From positions 1-37,066 of the forward strand of contig NW_021835913.1 of NCBI RefSeq assembly GCF_006345805.1: a DNA stretch of 37,066 nucleotides, given 5' to 3'. The first letter of the stretch is position 1. Each line of letters begins with the position of its first letter. The notes beneath the pieces were generated by a model that made no database searches, was not told the origin of the DNA, and saw nothing but the letters and a program-made list of their open reading frames with translations. This document shows, one piece after another, positions 23,317 to 33,837 of this stretch. This stretch comes from Octopus sinensis (Eukaryota). A program made the position numbers and the translations under genes.

Positions 23317-23650
23317 ATCATAAGCGGAAAGTGTAACCTCTCGAAAGAGCTGTTCTTCACTCCTGCTCCAGAGCGTCGGCTGCGGGGTCACTCCGAAAAG
23401 CTCTATCTGCGACGATTTCATCTCAATCGAAGGAGAGGGACTTTCTCCATCCAGGTTGCAGATCCGTGGAATAAGCTGCCGGACGAGATAGTGAAGATGC
23501 CGACGATCGCTCGGTTCAAAGTCTCTCTTGACCGGAAATGGGCTGAACTCTTTGTATGACCACCCTCCCTGTACATAACTCCCTGTCCCTCTACATGGCC
23601 TTGTTTTTGCTTTTTGAGCCAATAAATATTAAATTTAAAAAAATTAAATA
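23317..23650 (+). mobile_element. CR1-clade LINE 3' fragment
   Basis: Reverse complement of 20180-20510. Confidence 0.85.
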
Positions 23651-23980
23651 TATATATAAGAGTGTGTATGTCTATATACATTATATATATATATATAACC
23701 CAACCTCAATTCTCAAGTGGTAGGAGGACAAACACAAAGACACGTACGCACGAACACACACAATTATGACAAGTTTCCACAAAGATTTTGTCCACTAAAT
23801 TTACTAACAAGCTATTAGACAGCTGACACTTAGCAAAATGTCACGTAGTGGAAGTGAACCCGAAACTACGTGGGTGCGAAACTAACTTCTCAACCACACA
23901 GCCCATGCCTGTGCCTACATAGAAAGTACGTGATTCTAGATTACATTATAAAAATGTTATTCTTGTTTAATGTATTATTC

Positions 23981-24402
23981 GGATCTTTTCGGTTTGAACG
24001 GGAGTTTTTCTAGCGGTGTCATATGAAAATGTCACCCATAATTATGACCCTAGTATCGATCTATTGCATTTCAATCTGTTTTAGGGTTAGGGTTAGGGTT
24101 AGGGGTGGGGGAAGGGTATCTTTTTTTCTTCATAAATGTAAATAAACCCAATCTGTTTCTTAAACGAGGGACATATTCATACGGCACAGAATGTTTTTTT
24201 ACCTCAATAGACGTCAGTGATTGGTTGAAATTGCAGAAATTGAAGAAAAAACCCAATAAATATCTTACAAACTATAGAATTTTCTCAATAAAGCCAAGAG
24301 AAAGAGATGTTTTATAAACACATTCTACCAGTATACGAAGTTTAAAATTTTTTAGTTACCTAGAAATTATGTTAAAAACTGCCGTTCAAACCGAAAGGAT
24401 CC
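23981..24402. mobile_element. Second copy of the TTAGGG-bearing MITE
   Basis: Same TIRs as 6224-6651; flanks TATTATTC/TGTTATTC match 7/8; TTAGGG repeats at about 24081-24105. Confidence 0.85.
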
Positions 24403-24637
24403 TGTTATTCAATAAATAGCAAATATTTCGTTATTAAAATAGCATACTTTACCCTCTGCCTTTAAACTTCATTATATGTGTTGGATGTAAGGCTTGACTA
24501 CATCGCCAGACGATTATTGTTGTGCTACAACATTGATTGTTATTTGCTTTTGATATCAATACTAAATATTAATTATATTAAATGACCGTTAATATATTTT
24601 TATATGCTTTATATTGCTACTGCACTTTTGAACACAT

Positions 24638-24756
24638 TCTTCTTCTTCTTCTTCTTCTTCTTCTTCTTCTTCTTCTTCTTCTCTTCTTCTTCTTCTTCTT
24701 CTTATTATTATTATTATTATTATTATTATATTATTATTATTATTATTATTATTATT

Positions 24757-24827
<71 letters not shown>

Positions 24828-24919
24828 TATTATTATTATTGTTGTTGTTATTATTATTATTGTTATTATTATTATTATTATTATCATTATTATTATTATT
24901 GTTGTTGTTGTTGTTGTTG

Positions 24920-24981
<62 letters not shown>

Positions 24982-24982
24982 C
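24638..24982. repeat. Compound trinucleotide microsatellite (TTC)n(TTA)n(TCA)n(TTA/TTG)n
   Basis: Direct reading. Confidence 0.95.
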
Positions 24983-25213
24983 GTTATTCAAATAAAAATT
25001 GACTGCCCCTCCCTGCCAAAAAGAGGGTAGCTGAGGGTGGAGAGGGAAATATTGCCTTGTAGCAAGTTTGTTGAAAGTTGGGTGAATGTTGGAAGAATGG
25101 CCAGTATGATAGGACCAATTCTGAGCGTGCACCTATAAAAAGGGAATTAAAGAAGGCTCTAGTTGAGCAGGGAACCATGGTTTTTCTGGTTTTTTCCACG
25201 AGGACCTTAAAGC

Positions 25214-25350
25214 GCCTCCCTTTCATCCTTTCGTGGTCGATTAAATAAGTACCAGTTACGCACTGGCGTTGATGTAATCGACTTAATCCCTTTGTCTGTC
25301 CTTGTTTGTCCCCTCTATGTTTAGCTCCTTGTGGGCAATAAAGAAATAAG
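25214..25350 (+). mobile_element. SINE family A1, 5'-truncated
   Basis: Core plus tail ...TTGTGGGCAATAAAGAAATAAG. Confidence 0.85.
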
Positions 25351-25419
25351 AATGTTTGTGTAATTTCTAATAAAAATATTTTAGTTCGTATGAGTGAGTT
25401 TCTGATTTAGGCCAGCAAT

Positions 25420-25840
25420 TTTGAGAGGGTTGGAGTAATCGATACCATTGGCCTTAGTATTTGAGTGGTACTTTTCTTTATCAATCCCGAAAGAATGAAA
25501 AACAGAGTTGACCTCATAGAAATGTGATCTCAGAGCGTAGGGAGAGCCATGACAAAAATAGCAAAACGTCTTTTTACAATTCTCTGATGATTCTTCAAAC
25601 ACGTTTACTTCGTGTATTTCTCAATATTGTTTATAATTTAGGCACAAGGCCATTAAATCTGAGGGAATGGAAATAATCGATACCATTAACCCTAGTACTA
25701 CATTGATACTTTATTTTATTGATCCCGAAATGATAAAAGAAAAACCGACCTCGGCGAGATTTGAACTCGGAATGTAAAAATGCCGCAACAAATACAACAA
25801 AGTAATTTTTCCGAATTTCTCAGTTCTGCCAGTTAGCCGC
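25420..25840 (-). mobile_element. Two degenerate family-A SINEs
   Basis: GTTGACCTC / CCGACCTCGGCGAGATTTGAACTC and CCCGAAA core remnants. Confidence 0.55.
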
Positions 25841-25955
25841 CCTGTCTGTAGTCAGAGCCGGATTAAGACCCTCAAAACCCTAAATACTTACAAGATTTTG
25901 GTGCCCTCCCCGCCATATAAACGTAATTCAAAATATAAACAATAATAAACGATAA

Positions 25956-26173
25956 ACTCTTTTACTCTTTTACTCTTTTACTTGTTTCAGTCATTTGACT
26001 GCGGCCATGCTGGAGCACCGCCTTTAGTCGAGCAAATCGACCCCAGGACTTATTCTTTGTAAGCCTAGTACTTATTCTATGTGTCTCTTTTGCCGAACCG
26101 CTAAGTTACGGGGACGTAAACACACCATCATCGGTTGTCAAGCGATGCTGGGGGGACAAACACACACACACAA

Positions 26174-26210
<37 letters not shown>

Positions 26211-26387
26211 CATATGCATATATACGACGGGCTTCTTTCAGTTTCCGTCTATCAAATCCACTCACAAGGCTCCGGTCGGCCCGAGGGTATAGTAGAAGAC
26301 ACTTGCCCAAGGTGCCACGCAGTGGGACAGAACCTGGAACCATGTGGTTGGTAAGCAAGCTACTTACCACACAGCCACTCCTGCGCC
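25956..26387 (-). mobile_element. SINE family B, full length
   Basis: Complete reverse-complement copy. Confidence 0.85.
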
Positions 26388-26511
26388 TTGTTTGAAAAGT
26401 TTTCTCCTACTTTTTTAATCGTTAAGTTTTCACTATGACACCTGAACACTTTGAAATTATATTTCCGGTCATAAAAACCACTTCGTATATTATTTTAGTA
26501 CATTTAAAGTG

Positions 26512-27281
26512 ACTAGCAGTTTTGAGGGGAGGGAGTCAATCGGTACCATTGAACCCAGTACTTGACTGGTATTTCATTTTATTAAGCTCGAAAGGAGGAA
26601 AAGCAAAGTTGATGCCAAAGGAATTTGAACTCGGAATGTACAGAGCTGGAAGAAATGCCGCAAGGTATTTTTTCCTAACGCTGTACCGATTCTGCCTCCT
26701 AGTCGCCTTCGTTTCTGATTTAGGATACAAAGCCAACAATTTGGAAGGGCGGGGGTCACCACCTATTCTTGTAGATGACTTGGTATTTCATTTATTCAAA
26801 AATCCCGAAGGGTTACGAAATGAAGTTGTGGCCCGGTTACATGCAACCGGGCCACAACCTGCCCAAATATCCTTTTCTACTAAGCACAAGGCCTTAAATT
26901 TTGGGGGAGGGGCTAGTCGATTAGATCGACCACAGTACACAACTGGTACTTAATTTATCAACCCTGAAAGGATGAAAGGCAAAGTCGACCTCGGCGGAAT
27001 TTGAACTCAGGACGTAAAAACAGTCGAAGCATTTCACCCGGCGTGCTAACGCTTCTTATTTCTTTACTGCCCATAAGGGGCTACACACAGAGGGGGAAAA
27101 CTAGGACAGACAAACGGATTAAGTCCATTATATCGACCCCAGTGCGTAACTGGTACTTATTTAATCGACCCCGAAAGGATGAAAGGCAAAGTTGACCTCG
27201 GCGGAATTTGAACTCACAACGTAACGGCAGACGAAATACTGCTAAGCATTTCGCCCGGCGTGTTAACGTTTCTCCCAGCTC
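26512..27281 (-). mobile_element. Cluster of four family-A SINEs of different ages (about 26512-26707, 26718-26830, 26871-27056, 27059-27281)
   Basis: Recurrent GGAATTTGAACTC and ACTGGTACTT core motifs, all on the same strand. Confidence 0.7.
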
Positions 27282-27671
27282 ACTGACTTCTGACCCAGAT
27301 ATTCTGCTTCTTGTATGTTCAAATTGGTCAGATCTAACATCACACACCTTACCTACAGTGTCATTCTAAAAATAAGTCACAAGATAATACATGGTTAATT
27401 CAAAACAATGAGAATATATAAGCATCACATTTAGTAGAATAATCTGAATACTAGAGGTTTATAAAAAAGGTCAAGCTGGGGCAAATTTTTCGATGCTCTA
27501 ACGGTTCTGTCAGCTTGTCGCCTTATGTATATCATCAAATAATTATAAATATGCCGTCTTCGTAAATGATTTGGGTGGTATCAACAAGATTTGGCTAAAA
27601 CAAATTCTTCGATTCGCTAACAACTCTGTCAGCTGGTCGCTTTATGTGTATCGTCAAATAGTTTTAAATAT

Positions 27672-27893
27672 ATTTCTTTATTGCCCACAAGGGGCTAAAC
27701 ATAGAGGGGACAAACAAGGACAGACAAATGAATTAAGTCGATTACATCGATCCCAGTGCGTAACTGGTACTTAATTTATCGACCCAGAAAGGATGAAAGG
27801 CAAAGTCGACCTCGGCGGAATTTGAACCCAGAACATAACGGCAGACGAAATACGGCTACGCATTTCGCCTGGCTTGCTAACGATTCTGCCAGG
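27672..27893 (-). mobile_element. SINE family A1 (tandem unit 1)
   Basis: Full length; bounded by AAATAGTTTTAAATAT repeats. Confidence 0.88.
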
Positions 27894-27916
27894 TCGGCCT
27901 TTTGGCTAAGATCAAG
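27894..27916 (+). pseudogene. U2: U2 snRNA 5' fragment (nt 9-31)
   Basis: TCGGCCTTTTGGCTAAGATCAAG is a 23/23 match to the conserved metazoan U2 5' sequence. Confidence 0.85.
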
Positions 27917-27935
27917 GTGAAATAGTTTTAAATAT

Positions 27936-28160
27936 TATTTCTTTATTGCCCACAAGGGGCTAAACATAGAGGGGACAAACAAGGACAGACAAAGGGATTA
28001 AGTCGATTACATCGATCTCAGTGCGTAACTGGTACTTAATTTATCGACCCAGAAAGGATGAAAGGCAAAGTCGACCTCGGCGGAATTTGAACCCAGAACG
28101 TAACGGCAGACGAAATACGGCTACGCATTTCGCCCGTCGTGCTAACGATTCTGCCAGCTC
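27936..28160 (-). mobile_element. SINE family A1 (tandem unit 2)
   Basis: Near-identical to unit 1. Confidence 0.88.
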
Positions 28161-28180
28161 GGCCTTTTGGCTAAGGTCAA
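28158..28180 (+). pseudogene. U2: U2 snRNA 5' fragment (nt 8-30, one mismatch)
   Basis: CTCGGCCTTTTGGCTAAGGTCAA, 22/23 match. Confidence 0.8.
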
Positions 28181-28920
28181 CGTGAAATAGTTTTAAATAT
28201 ATCGTCTTCGACAATAATACGGAGTTGATGGTGGTATCCACCAGATTTGATTTTCATAGACCCGTTTCATATATGAATTCGTGTGCGGTTATACATTAAG
28301 ATGTACTGTAAGACAACTCAGTCTCCACTAGATGGCGTTACAACGAATACGCAATTAAAATTGCTGCGTGCATTAAGTAATGTTTCTTACGCTTACCGTA
28401 CACATCGGTTGAGAAGGAAACACGAAAAGTTTAAACACGCTTGTAACACTATTTATAGTATCTCAGACCATCGTAATTTTCGCATGAAGAGGCGAAACAA
28501 GGTATCGTTTTCCTATAAGCCGACGGAAGGAAATAGACCGAAAAACAAACAAAACAAAACAAGACAAAACGAAACGAAAAAGAAAACCACAAATGGAGGG
28601 AGTGCACTTATTGCCAAGAACACACATACATAATTGTATGTGTGTGTGTGTGTGTGAATGGGTAAATGCAATTGTATAAAAATGCGAATGCATGGTGGTG
28701 TTGATGTAATGGTACCAGCGTTGGTGGTGGTAGTCGTGATGGCGGTCGTGGTAATAGGAGTTAATCGCAGTGGCGTTATCTGCCATGTTTATACATAAGA
28801 GTATTTATGATATACATGTGTGTGTAGCTTGGTAGCATGTTTTCTACTTCAATAGACATTATTATATATATATGTATTTACCAATGCATCATGTTATATA
28901 TATATACATATACATACACA

Positions 28921-28993
<73 letters not shown>

Positions 28994-28996
<3 letters not shown>

Positions 28997-29505
28997 ATTA
29001 TTATTTGAGGGAATAAAATCCAAACTTACAAGGAAAAAGAATTCAATTTAGAAATACTAAATCAAATTCCACACAATATAATATATATATAAAATATTAG
29101 AAAAAAAACACTTTTTATCAATTCAAAAGGAATAATTAAATTACACCATCTAAAAAATTACATATAATAGAAAAGTTAAAATTAAAATAACTATAAAAAG
29201 TAAAGATTAAGTAAATTACAAAAATAATGTATATAATAGGTATTATATACATTATATTATATACATTATATACCTATTATATTATTTTTGTAATTTACTT
29301 AATCTTTACTTTTTATTGTTATTTTAATTTTAACTTTTCTATTATATGTAATTTTCTAGATGGTGTAATTTAATTATTCATTTTGAATTGATAAAAAATG
29401 TTTTTTTCTAATATTTTATATATATTATATTGTGTGGAATTTGATTTAGTATTTCTAAGTTGAATTCTTTTACCTTGTAAGTTTGGATTTTATTCCCTCA
29501 AATAA

Positions 29506-29512
<7 letters not shown>
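28994..29512. mobile_element. AT-rich fold-back element with about 250-bp inverted arms, between (TA)n tracts
   Basis: 28994 to about 29243 and about 29269 to 29512 are near-perfect reverse complements around a short TATA-rich spacer. Confidence 0.9.
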
Positions 29513-29543
<31 letters not shown>

Positions 29544-29545
<2 letters not shown>

Positions 29546-30967
29546 GGAGTAAACACATAAATGTGAAACAAGGTGGAAAAAAGAGTACTCAAATACCAGT
29601 GGTAGAGTAATATGCTTTATTTTAAGCAGCAGAAAATTCAACAAAATCTGTTACTCTGAGTTTCTCGTTGCCGTTCATCAGACAGTTTTTGCTAGAATGG
29701 AACTTATATATTAATTCAATCTATACTCTTACAAACGCTACACCTTTAAAAAGAAATGGACTTGTTTGATTGGCCCTTTAGAAAAAACGGTCAATCTTCG
29801 AGCGATAAACAAAAAGGTCAAAAATATATGTATATATATATAAAAAAACTTATAAAAATTATAAAATCCGAGGAAAAAACCGAGGAAAAAACCTATTGCC
29901 GTTAATGAAGACATTACAAATTAATGCATAGAAATTAAACCTGTTATAAATACTGCATATACATATTTATATTAAAATCCACATATATATATCAACATAC
30001 ACAAAAGGATGCGCGTAAACGCCATACATACATATACAGACGTATGAATATGAATCTAAATTATACACATAAAAGCATGTGTACATATATTCACGCAAAC
30101 CGTCTCGCACGCAAGCTAAAATTCATCTATGTAGCAATTCTCATATACTGAGCAAGGAGGGGGAACGAAAGAAAGGGAAAGAGAGAAAAAGGAACGAAGG
30201 AGGGGTGGGGAAAAACTTGTAGCGATGTTATTGGCGTCTATAGAGGCCAGTATACATACACAAGTTTGAATTGATACATATACATACCGTCGTGTGTATG
30301 CGTGCTTAAGCACAAGCATACTTTCACTTACACATACACAGATACGCATGCTTACAAATACATATGCTTTGCTATACACATACTTTATAAACATTCTAAT
30401 TTTGACAACATTGCTTTTTTTAAAAAAAACATTGCTTTTAAAAATGGGTGCATTAATAAAGATATATACGAAAGACATATAAAATAAAATATAACATCCT
30501 ATTTTGGGTCATTATAAATAATCAAGGTAATATAAATAATCAAGGTAATCCTATGCAATACAATAACATGAAAACAAAGTTTGTAGGTTTTTCCTAATAT
30601 ATATGTAGAAACAATAAGACTTTGCTATAGGTCCGTCGTAGCGCTCAAGGTCAAAATCAAAAATCAAAAATCAAAATACAAAATATATACTCTATCCATA
30701 TGGTATATTTATATTCGACATTTTAAATTTAGCCGCGTGCCTACATAAGTTCATTAACTCACTTCTTTGATTCAAAGAATTATTGTCTTTGAATAAGATG
30801 TGCATTTTCTCTAATAAGCAAAGCCTGCACTTGAAGTTATATTTGTAAGCTCCATGCCTGTATGGTGCCGCCCTGTCCAGAATGCTCCATGTCACGTTGA
30901 AAGGTGGGGCTTCCTTTTCTTTTAGTTCCCAGACATATTTTGCTAGGCTGGTTTTCTTCCTATTCTC
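29544..30967 (-). mobile_element. Penelope-like element, inverted 3' copy (left arm)
   Basis: Encodes ENRKKTSLAKYVWELK...CRLCLLEK...LNQRSELMNLCRHAAKF*, followed by a long UTR and a hammerhead. 29615-30967 is the reverse complement of 31214-32562. Confidence 0.9.
29643..29689 (-). ncRNA. Minimal type I hammerhead, left arm
   Basis: AAAACTGT-CTGATGA-ACG-GCAA-CGA-GAA-ACT-CAG-AGT-A-ACAGATTTT. Stem II is weak (A.A closing pair). Confidence 0.65.
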
Positions 30968-31426
30968 GCCTCTTACATTAGCCAACATAATAGGAAGCTA
31001 ATTGAGATTAGACATGGTGCCGAGCCCATTAAGAAATGTAATTTCAAAAACGAAAGCTCCTGTCCGTTAGAAGGGAAATGTCTAGTGAAAGGAGTAGTTT
31101 ATAGAGCCAATGTGCAAGTGGAAGGCTCATCGGAATACAAGACATACACAGGGGCTTCAGAAAATTCATTTAAAACAAGATTTTATTCTCATAAGAATTC
31201 TTTTAAATACCCAGAGAATAGGAAGAAAACCAGCCTAGCAAAATATGTCTGGGAACTAAAAGAAAAGGAAGCCCCACCTTTCAACGTGACATGGAGCATT
31301 CTGGACAGGGCGGCACCATACAGGCATGGAGCTTACAAATATAATTTCAAGTGCAGGCTTTGCTTATTAGAGAAAATGCACATCTTATTCAAAGACAATA
31401 ATTCTTTGAATCAAAGAGTGAGTTAA
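30968..31426 (+). pseudogene. PLE GIY-YIG endonuclease fragment with Zn-finger-like linker
   Basis: Open frame SQHNRKL...CNFKNESSCPLEGKCLVKGVVYRA...YTGASENSFKTRFYSHKNSF (VVY...YTG is the GIY-YIG motif). A 1-bp deletion near 31418 truncates the C-terminus, which is intact in the left arm. Confidence 0.88.
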
Positions 31427-32488
31427 TGAACTTATGTAGGCACGCGGCTAAATTTAAAATGTCGAATATAAATATACCATATGGATAGAGTATATATTTT
31501 GTATTTTGATTTTTGATTTTTGATTTTGACTCTTGAGCGCTACGACGGACCTATAGCAAAGTCTTATTGTTTCTACATATATATTAGGAAAAACCTACAA
31601 ACTTTGTTTTCACGTTATTGTATTGCATAGGATTACCTTGATTATTTATATTACCTTGATTATTTATAAATGACCCAAAATAGGATGTTATATTTTATTT
31701 TATGTCTTTCGTATATATTTTTATTAATGCACCCATTTTTTAAAAGCAATGTTTTTTTTAAAAAAAAGCAATGTTGTCAAAATTAGAATGTTTATATAAG
31801 TATGTGTATACAAAGCATATGTATTTGTAAGCATGCGTATCTGTGTATGTGTAAGTGAAAGTATGCTTGTGCTTAAGCACGCATACACACGACGGTATGT
31901 ATATGTATCAATTCAAACTTGTGTATGTATACTGGCCTCTATAGATGCCAATAACATCGCTACAAGTTTTCCCACCCCTCCTTCGTTCCTTTTTCTCTCT
32001 TTCCCTTTCTTTCGTTCCCCCTCCTTGCTCAGTATATGAGAATTGCTACATAGATGAATTTTAGCTTGCGTGCGAGACGGTTTGCGTGAATATATGTACA
32101 CATGCTTTTATGTGTATAATTTAGATTCATATTCATACGTCTGTATATGTATGTATGGCGTTTACGCGCATCCTTTTGTGTATGTTGATATATATATGTG
32201 GATTTTAATATAAATATGTATTGCAGTATTTATAACAGGTTTAATTTCTATGCATTAATTTGTACTGTCTTCATTAACGGCAATAGGTTTTTTCCTCGGT
32301 TTTTTCCTCGGATTTTATAATTTTTATAAGTTTTTTTATATATATAACATATATTTTTGACCTTTTTGTTTATCGCTCGAAGATTGACCGTTTTTTCTAA
32401 AGGGCCAATCAAACAAGTCCATTTCTTTTTAAAGGTGTAGCGTTTGTAAGAGTATAGATTGAATTAATATATAAGTTCCATTCTAGCA

Positions 32489-32534
32489 AAAACTGTCTGA
32501 TGAACGGCAACGAGAAACTCAGGTAACAGATTTT
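32489..32534 (+). ncRNA. Minimal type I hammerhead, right arm
   Basis: Same as the left arm but with a 1-nt deletion in stem III (ACTCAGGTA). Confidence 0.55.
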
Positions 32535-32580
32535 GTTGAATTTTCTGCTGCTTAAAATAAAGTATATATATATAATATAT

Positions 32581-32640
<60 letters not shown>

Positions 32641-33034
32641 CTAAGTATATTCAGAAGATAAACACATAAGTACCAGTATATAGATATTTATATATATATT
32701 GATAAATGAATTTACTTTTACATGGAGTATAAGAAATACAGAAAACAAGGGTAGAATGCATAGCTTTTTTTAAACTCGACAGCTGTTTCTAAGATTCGGA
32801 ATTATGTAATAGTTGTAATGTTAATAATTAGCCGATGGAATGTGCAAAAATTCATGGATATGCAACCAGTAAATGGATGCATATAGACATTACCCCAATG
32901 CCCGCTTTCTTAGTTAGGGGCGGGGGTCAATGGCATGTTTTATATATCTAATTATTTCTATACTTAATTTCATTTATATTTTTGATTGGTTTTCTTCATT
33001 CACTTCCTTTTTGATGTCGTGGTCATCTTCTTCT

Positions 33035-33390
33035 TAGTCAACACCACAACACTCGTGGACGTTGACTCCAACTCGACAGCCAACTTTTCCTCCAGGGTCT
33101 GCGAGATGACATCGCGCGTGCCAATTCTGAACCAGTGCACAGTCCTGTGCCCCGCATAACTTCATTGACATACATCATGCGGGCCTGACAAGCAGGCTTG
33201 GACGGCCCCACGGAGTTACCGAAAACCTATCAGTGCACCGACATACTGATCTATTCGACGAAAGCAGTGGCATGCGAATTTTAGTCGTCTTTGTTTGACA
33301 GTCTGGGTGACAGGTGACAAAAATCCATATAGAGACCTGTTTCATATATGGCCAGCATGAGGGATATTGTGGCCAAAACATCAAGAATTT
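33035..33390 (-). mobile_element. RTE-clade LINE 3' fragment
   Basis: Manual translation LYGFLSPVTQTVKQRRLKFACHCFRR...MYVNEVMRGTGL...RRPWR; terminal GTCAAC/GTTGAC hairpin and (AAG)n tail. Confidence 0.65.
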
Positions 33391-33837
33391 AAGTGTAGTC
33401 TTAAATATATAAATATAAGAAATTACAGTGATGTAGAGGCCATAATCCCTTATAACATAAAAGAATATGGGTAGAATATTTCTATCAAAATTTCAGTTAA
33501 AAGTAGGGATAACAAACCAGACAATGATCTTAGACTTAGAAACAAAATGTGCACAATACGAGTTGCTATTTAAACTCAGGTAAGCGTTGATTAAGCAGAT
33601 CTGCAATCAAAGATGTTTCAGCTTGACCAACCTGTATTATTAGTGGTGTGAAGGACTTCATTATGTAATCTGTTCCTTCCTCATTTGTGATAAGATCAAA
33701 TTTCTAGCAGATTGAGCGACCATGTAGAATCTTCCGCGTTTGAAAACAATTTTACTGCAAACGTTAATATAATATAATATAATATAATATAAAATAAAAT
33801 AATATAATATTATATAATATAATATAATATATTATAA

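Larger units (their letters stand above)
30968..32562 (+). mobile_element. Penelope-like element, 5'-truncated (right arm)
   Basis: GIY-YIG coding fragment, about 1.1 kb of 3' sequence and a hammerhead; ends in (TA)n. Confidence 0.9.

Noticed and set aside
27588-27605. TTTGGCTAAAACAA, weakly U2-like
   Set aside because: Only about 9 contiguous matches, which is compatible with chance.
27656-28200. CRISPR-like repeat-spacer pattern (three 16-bp repeats)
   Set aside because: The spacers are near-identical 248-249-bp SINE units in a eukaryotic context, consistent with a TSD plus tandem duplication.
32770-32800. GAAACAGCTGTC half-hammerhead on the minus strand
   Set aside because: There is no upstream CTGANGA, so it is counted only as a decayed PLE remnant.
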